Assembly (NCBI GenBank): GCA_045124505.1
Contig: JBGVLZ010000039.1
Span: forward strand, 23,110 to 87,109
Origin: Eubacteriales bacterium
Lineage (GTDB): Bacteria > Bacillota > Clostridia > Oscillospirales > CAG-272
Reading direction: 5' to 3'
DNA length: 64,000 nt
In this document: piece after piece, positions 62,374-64,000 of the stretch
Position numbering within the stretch: position 1 is the stretch's first letter
How the letters are laid out: every line of letters begins with the position of its first letter
Translations under genes and position numbers: made by a program
The notes under the pieces: model-generated
Databases searched by the model: none
What the model was told of the DNA's origin: nothing
What the model saw: the letters and a program-made list of their open reading frames with translations, nothing else

Positions 62374-62752
62374 TTGTTATTTCACGATTGGCAGTTTCCT
62401 CCTGCAATATCCTGCGAACCGCCTCTTTCAATTTTGCATTAGCCGACGATGACGGATCAAAGCACATCGAAAGAAACGATGATAATTGCGTGTCCTCTAA
62501 CGGCTTCGGCTGAGCATCGTACAACTGTCCATGCGGCTCGTCACATCTTCCGAAAATATAATCCAACGATACATTGAAAAAATCCGCATACTTCATCAAC
62601 ACACCGTAAGGCGGAAAGGATTGAGCGTTTTCATAGCGAAAGATGGCAGGCTGATCTAAATCAAAAACAGCCGCAAGCCTTGCTTGTGAGACGTGTATCC
62701 CTTCTCTCAGCTCGGTCAATCTATGTGCAACAATGGCAGGTTTCTTTTCCAT
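62348..62752 (-). CDS. XRE-family helix-turn-helix transcriptional regulator
   Basis: N-terminal HTH (LTELREGIHVSQARLAAVFDLDQPAIFRYENAQ). Confidence 0.8.
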   Translation of the reverse strand: MEKKPAIVAHRLTELREGIHVSQARLAAVFDLDQPAIFRYENAQSFPPYGVLMKYADFFNVSLDYIFGRCDEPHGQLYDAQPKPLEDTQLSSFLSMCFDPSSSANAKLKEAVRRILQEETANREITNGETENEC

Positions 62753-62825
62753 AATATTCTCCCATAATCGTGATAATATAAATATTATATACGAAATTTA
62801 TATTATTGTCAATACGCATAATGAA

Positions 62826-62896
62826 TTAACGGCAGGGATTTTTATCTCCCTGCCGCCGCTGACGTTATGCGAATATCAATTCTGCATTTACAATTT
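62826..62896 (-). repeat. tnpV 3' end plus terminator hairpin (parent copy of the 61922-61995 repeat)
   Basis: CGGCAGGGA-TTTTTAT-CTCCCTGCCG hairpin directly after the tnpV stop. Confidence 0.7.
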
Positions 62897-63242
62897 CTGT
62901 GGCTCTGCTGCGGATATTATTCATACGACCAACCCACTCCATTTGATTATCCGCTTTGAGTTTTTCCGTCACTCCCTCACGCTCTGCCATCTGTTTTACG
63001 AGCCGAAAAAACATATCCTCAGCCTGCTTGTCGATCTCGGTAAGGTGGTCATTGAGTTTTCCGGTGGTGAGCAAATTGGTGTATAAAACCTTCCGGTTTT
63101 GCTTTAGATACCGTAAATGCCGCTGCCCCCATAAGCCGATTTCGGTTTCTTTTTCGGGTGGTAATTGCAGATCGGGCAGATAATAATCGCCTTGCAAAGT
63201 GTAGCGGATGCCGGTTCTTTCGTCTGTGAAATGCTGTTTCAT
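62865..63242 (-). CDS. tnpV: TnpV transposon-associated protein
   Basis: MKQHFTDERTGIRYTLQGDYYLPDL...GLWGQRHLRYLKQ, typical TnpV sequence. Confidence 0.8.
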   Translation of the reverse strand: MKQHFTDERTGIRYTLQGDYYLPDLQLPPEKETEIGLWGQRHLRYLKQNRKVLYTNLLTTGKLNDHLTEIDKQAEDMFFRLVKQMAEREGVTEKLKADNQMEWVGRMNNIRSRATEIVNAELIFA

Positions 63243-63252
63243 TGTGTGTTCC

Positions 63253-64000
63253 TACCTTTCATAATTTCTATTTTTTGAGCGTTGCCCACGCTCTTGGGGT
63301 TGATTTTTGGGTGCAGGAATCGGCTCATACATAATGCTCTTTTCCTGCTTTTTGAAGCGTTCAAGAATACCGTCTATAAATTCCTTAACCGCTTTCGGAG
63401 CTGCTTTTAATGCTTCAAGGTATGGGCGGCACTTCTCAGTCAGCTCAGATAACGCTTCCTTCAGCCGAGAAACTTCCGACTGTAACGACCATATTTGCCG
63501 TTACAAATATCGGTTTTGGTCTTGCAATTTTCGCACCTCGGACTCTGCCGAGTAGCTACGCTTCGCAAGAGAAGTCAGCTTCTGATAGTCCTCTGCCGAC
63601 ACGGTGTATTTTCCCGTGAGAGATTTTTTGCCGGAATTGTCTATCTCCATAAAAGTCATTGAAGCGGTTTTCTTGTCATCATAACGCACCTGCACATCGG
63701 CAATTTTCTCTTGCAGATCGGACAGCCGCTTTTGATCCTGCTTAATTTTGTGTTCAAGCGAGGTGAGATTTTCAGCGGTGCTGCCACGCTCTCCACGGCT
63801 AAAACCGTTAAAGCCTGCACTCTGCATATGCTCATAAAATTTGTCTTGCAGAACACTGTAGGAAGCGTGATAAACTTGTTTCCCTTTGCTGTTGAGAATG
63901 GGATTTCCGTCTTCGTCAAGTGCTTTTTCGGAACGCCATTTCTTTGAATGGCTTACTTGATGAATGACCTCTTTGACCGTTCCCACAAGTTCGGGGCTCT
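63253..64000 (-). pseudogene. MobV/Pre-type relaxase, C-terminal part, interrupted by an in-frame TAA; N-terminus lies outside the window
   Basis: The reading frame gives ...RKLQDQNRYL-TAA(63501-63503)-RQIWSLQSEVSRLKEAL...RSKNRNYER-TAG(63253-63255), in the same frame on both sides of the stop. Confidence 0.7.

Larger units (their letters stand above)
61166..64000 (-). mobile_element. decayed mobilisable element (Tn4451-like module order: Mob/Pre relaxase, tnpV, cargo); continues beyond the window
   Basis: Co-directional Mob relaxase (interrupted), TnpV, XRE regulator, DUF4180 gene, ABC-F cargo remnant, and a duplicated tnpV 3' end. Confidence 0.5.

Noticed and set aside
59770-63503. Two in-frame TAA interruptions as a sign of stop-codon reassignment or programmed read-through
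   Set aside because: TAA terminates conserved genes in the same window at their expected lengths (for example purC at 19661-19663 and prfA at 37690-37692). Both interruptions lie in the decaying accessory region, so nonsense mutations are the simpler reading.

Overview
This is a chromosomal segment from a Gram-positive anaerobe. Gene content suggests Clostridia, possibly Oscillospirales or Ruminococcaceae, but that placement is inference only. Most of the window is housekeeping: tRNA-Leu, purC, the hydEFG [FeFe]-hydrogenase maturases, holA, coaE, tsaC, prfA, alr, metF, a purF-like gene and pduL.

Two riboswitches are missing from the ORF track. One is a preQ1-I element ahead of a YhhQ/VUT transporter. 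The other is a glycine riboswitch ahead of an alanine/glycine:cation symporter.

Candidates for uncharacterised systems:
1. A 12.6-kb seven-gene operon (2763-15333, minus strand). It has one giant solute-binding protein, two complete permease pairs and no ATPase. An NHL/TPR/Yip1 membrane protein and an 1133-aa secreted protein sit between the permease pairs.
2. A compact pduL / NifU-like / GGGtGRT-motif operon with high-expression codon usage (50477-52788).
3. A fusion of an HxxxDG acyltransferase-like domain to a radical-SAM/SPASM domain (57387-59507), convergent with a giant MacB-type ABC exporter.
4. An NYN(+OST-HTH-like) nuclease cassette with an unknown partner gene and no canonical start codon (42892-44678).
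5. Several families of structured intergenic repeats: nested palindromes with compensatory substitutions, GTAGGG+hairpin REP-like units, and arrays of a 6-7-mer alternating with variable hairpins. A single RayT-like HUH transposase gene is also present.

The last ~4 kb is a decayed mobilisable element. It holds a Mob relaxase with an in-frame stop, tnpV, XRE, DUF4180, and a truncated ABC-F gene behind an intact leader-peptide attenuator.

All family names come from motif recognition by eye and memory. No searches were run.
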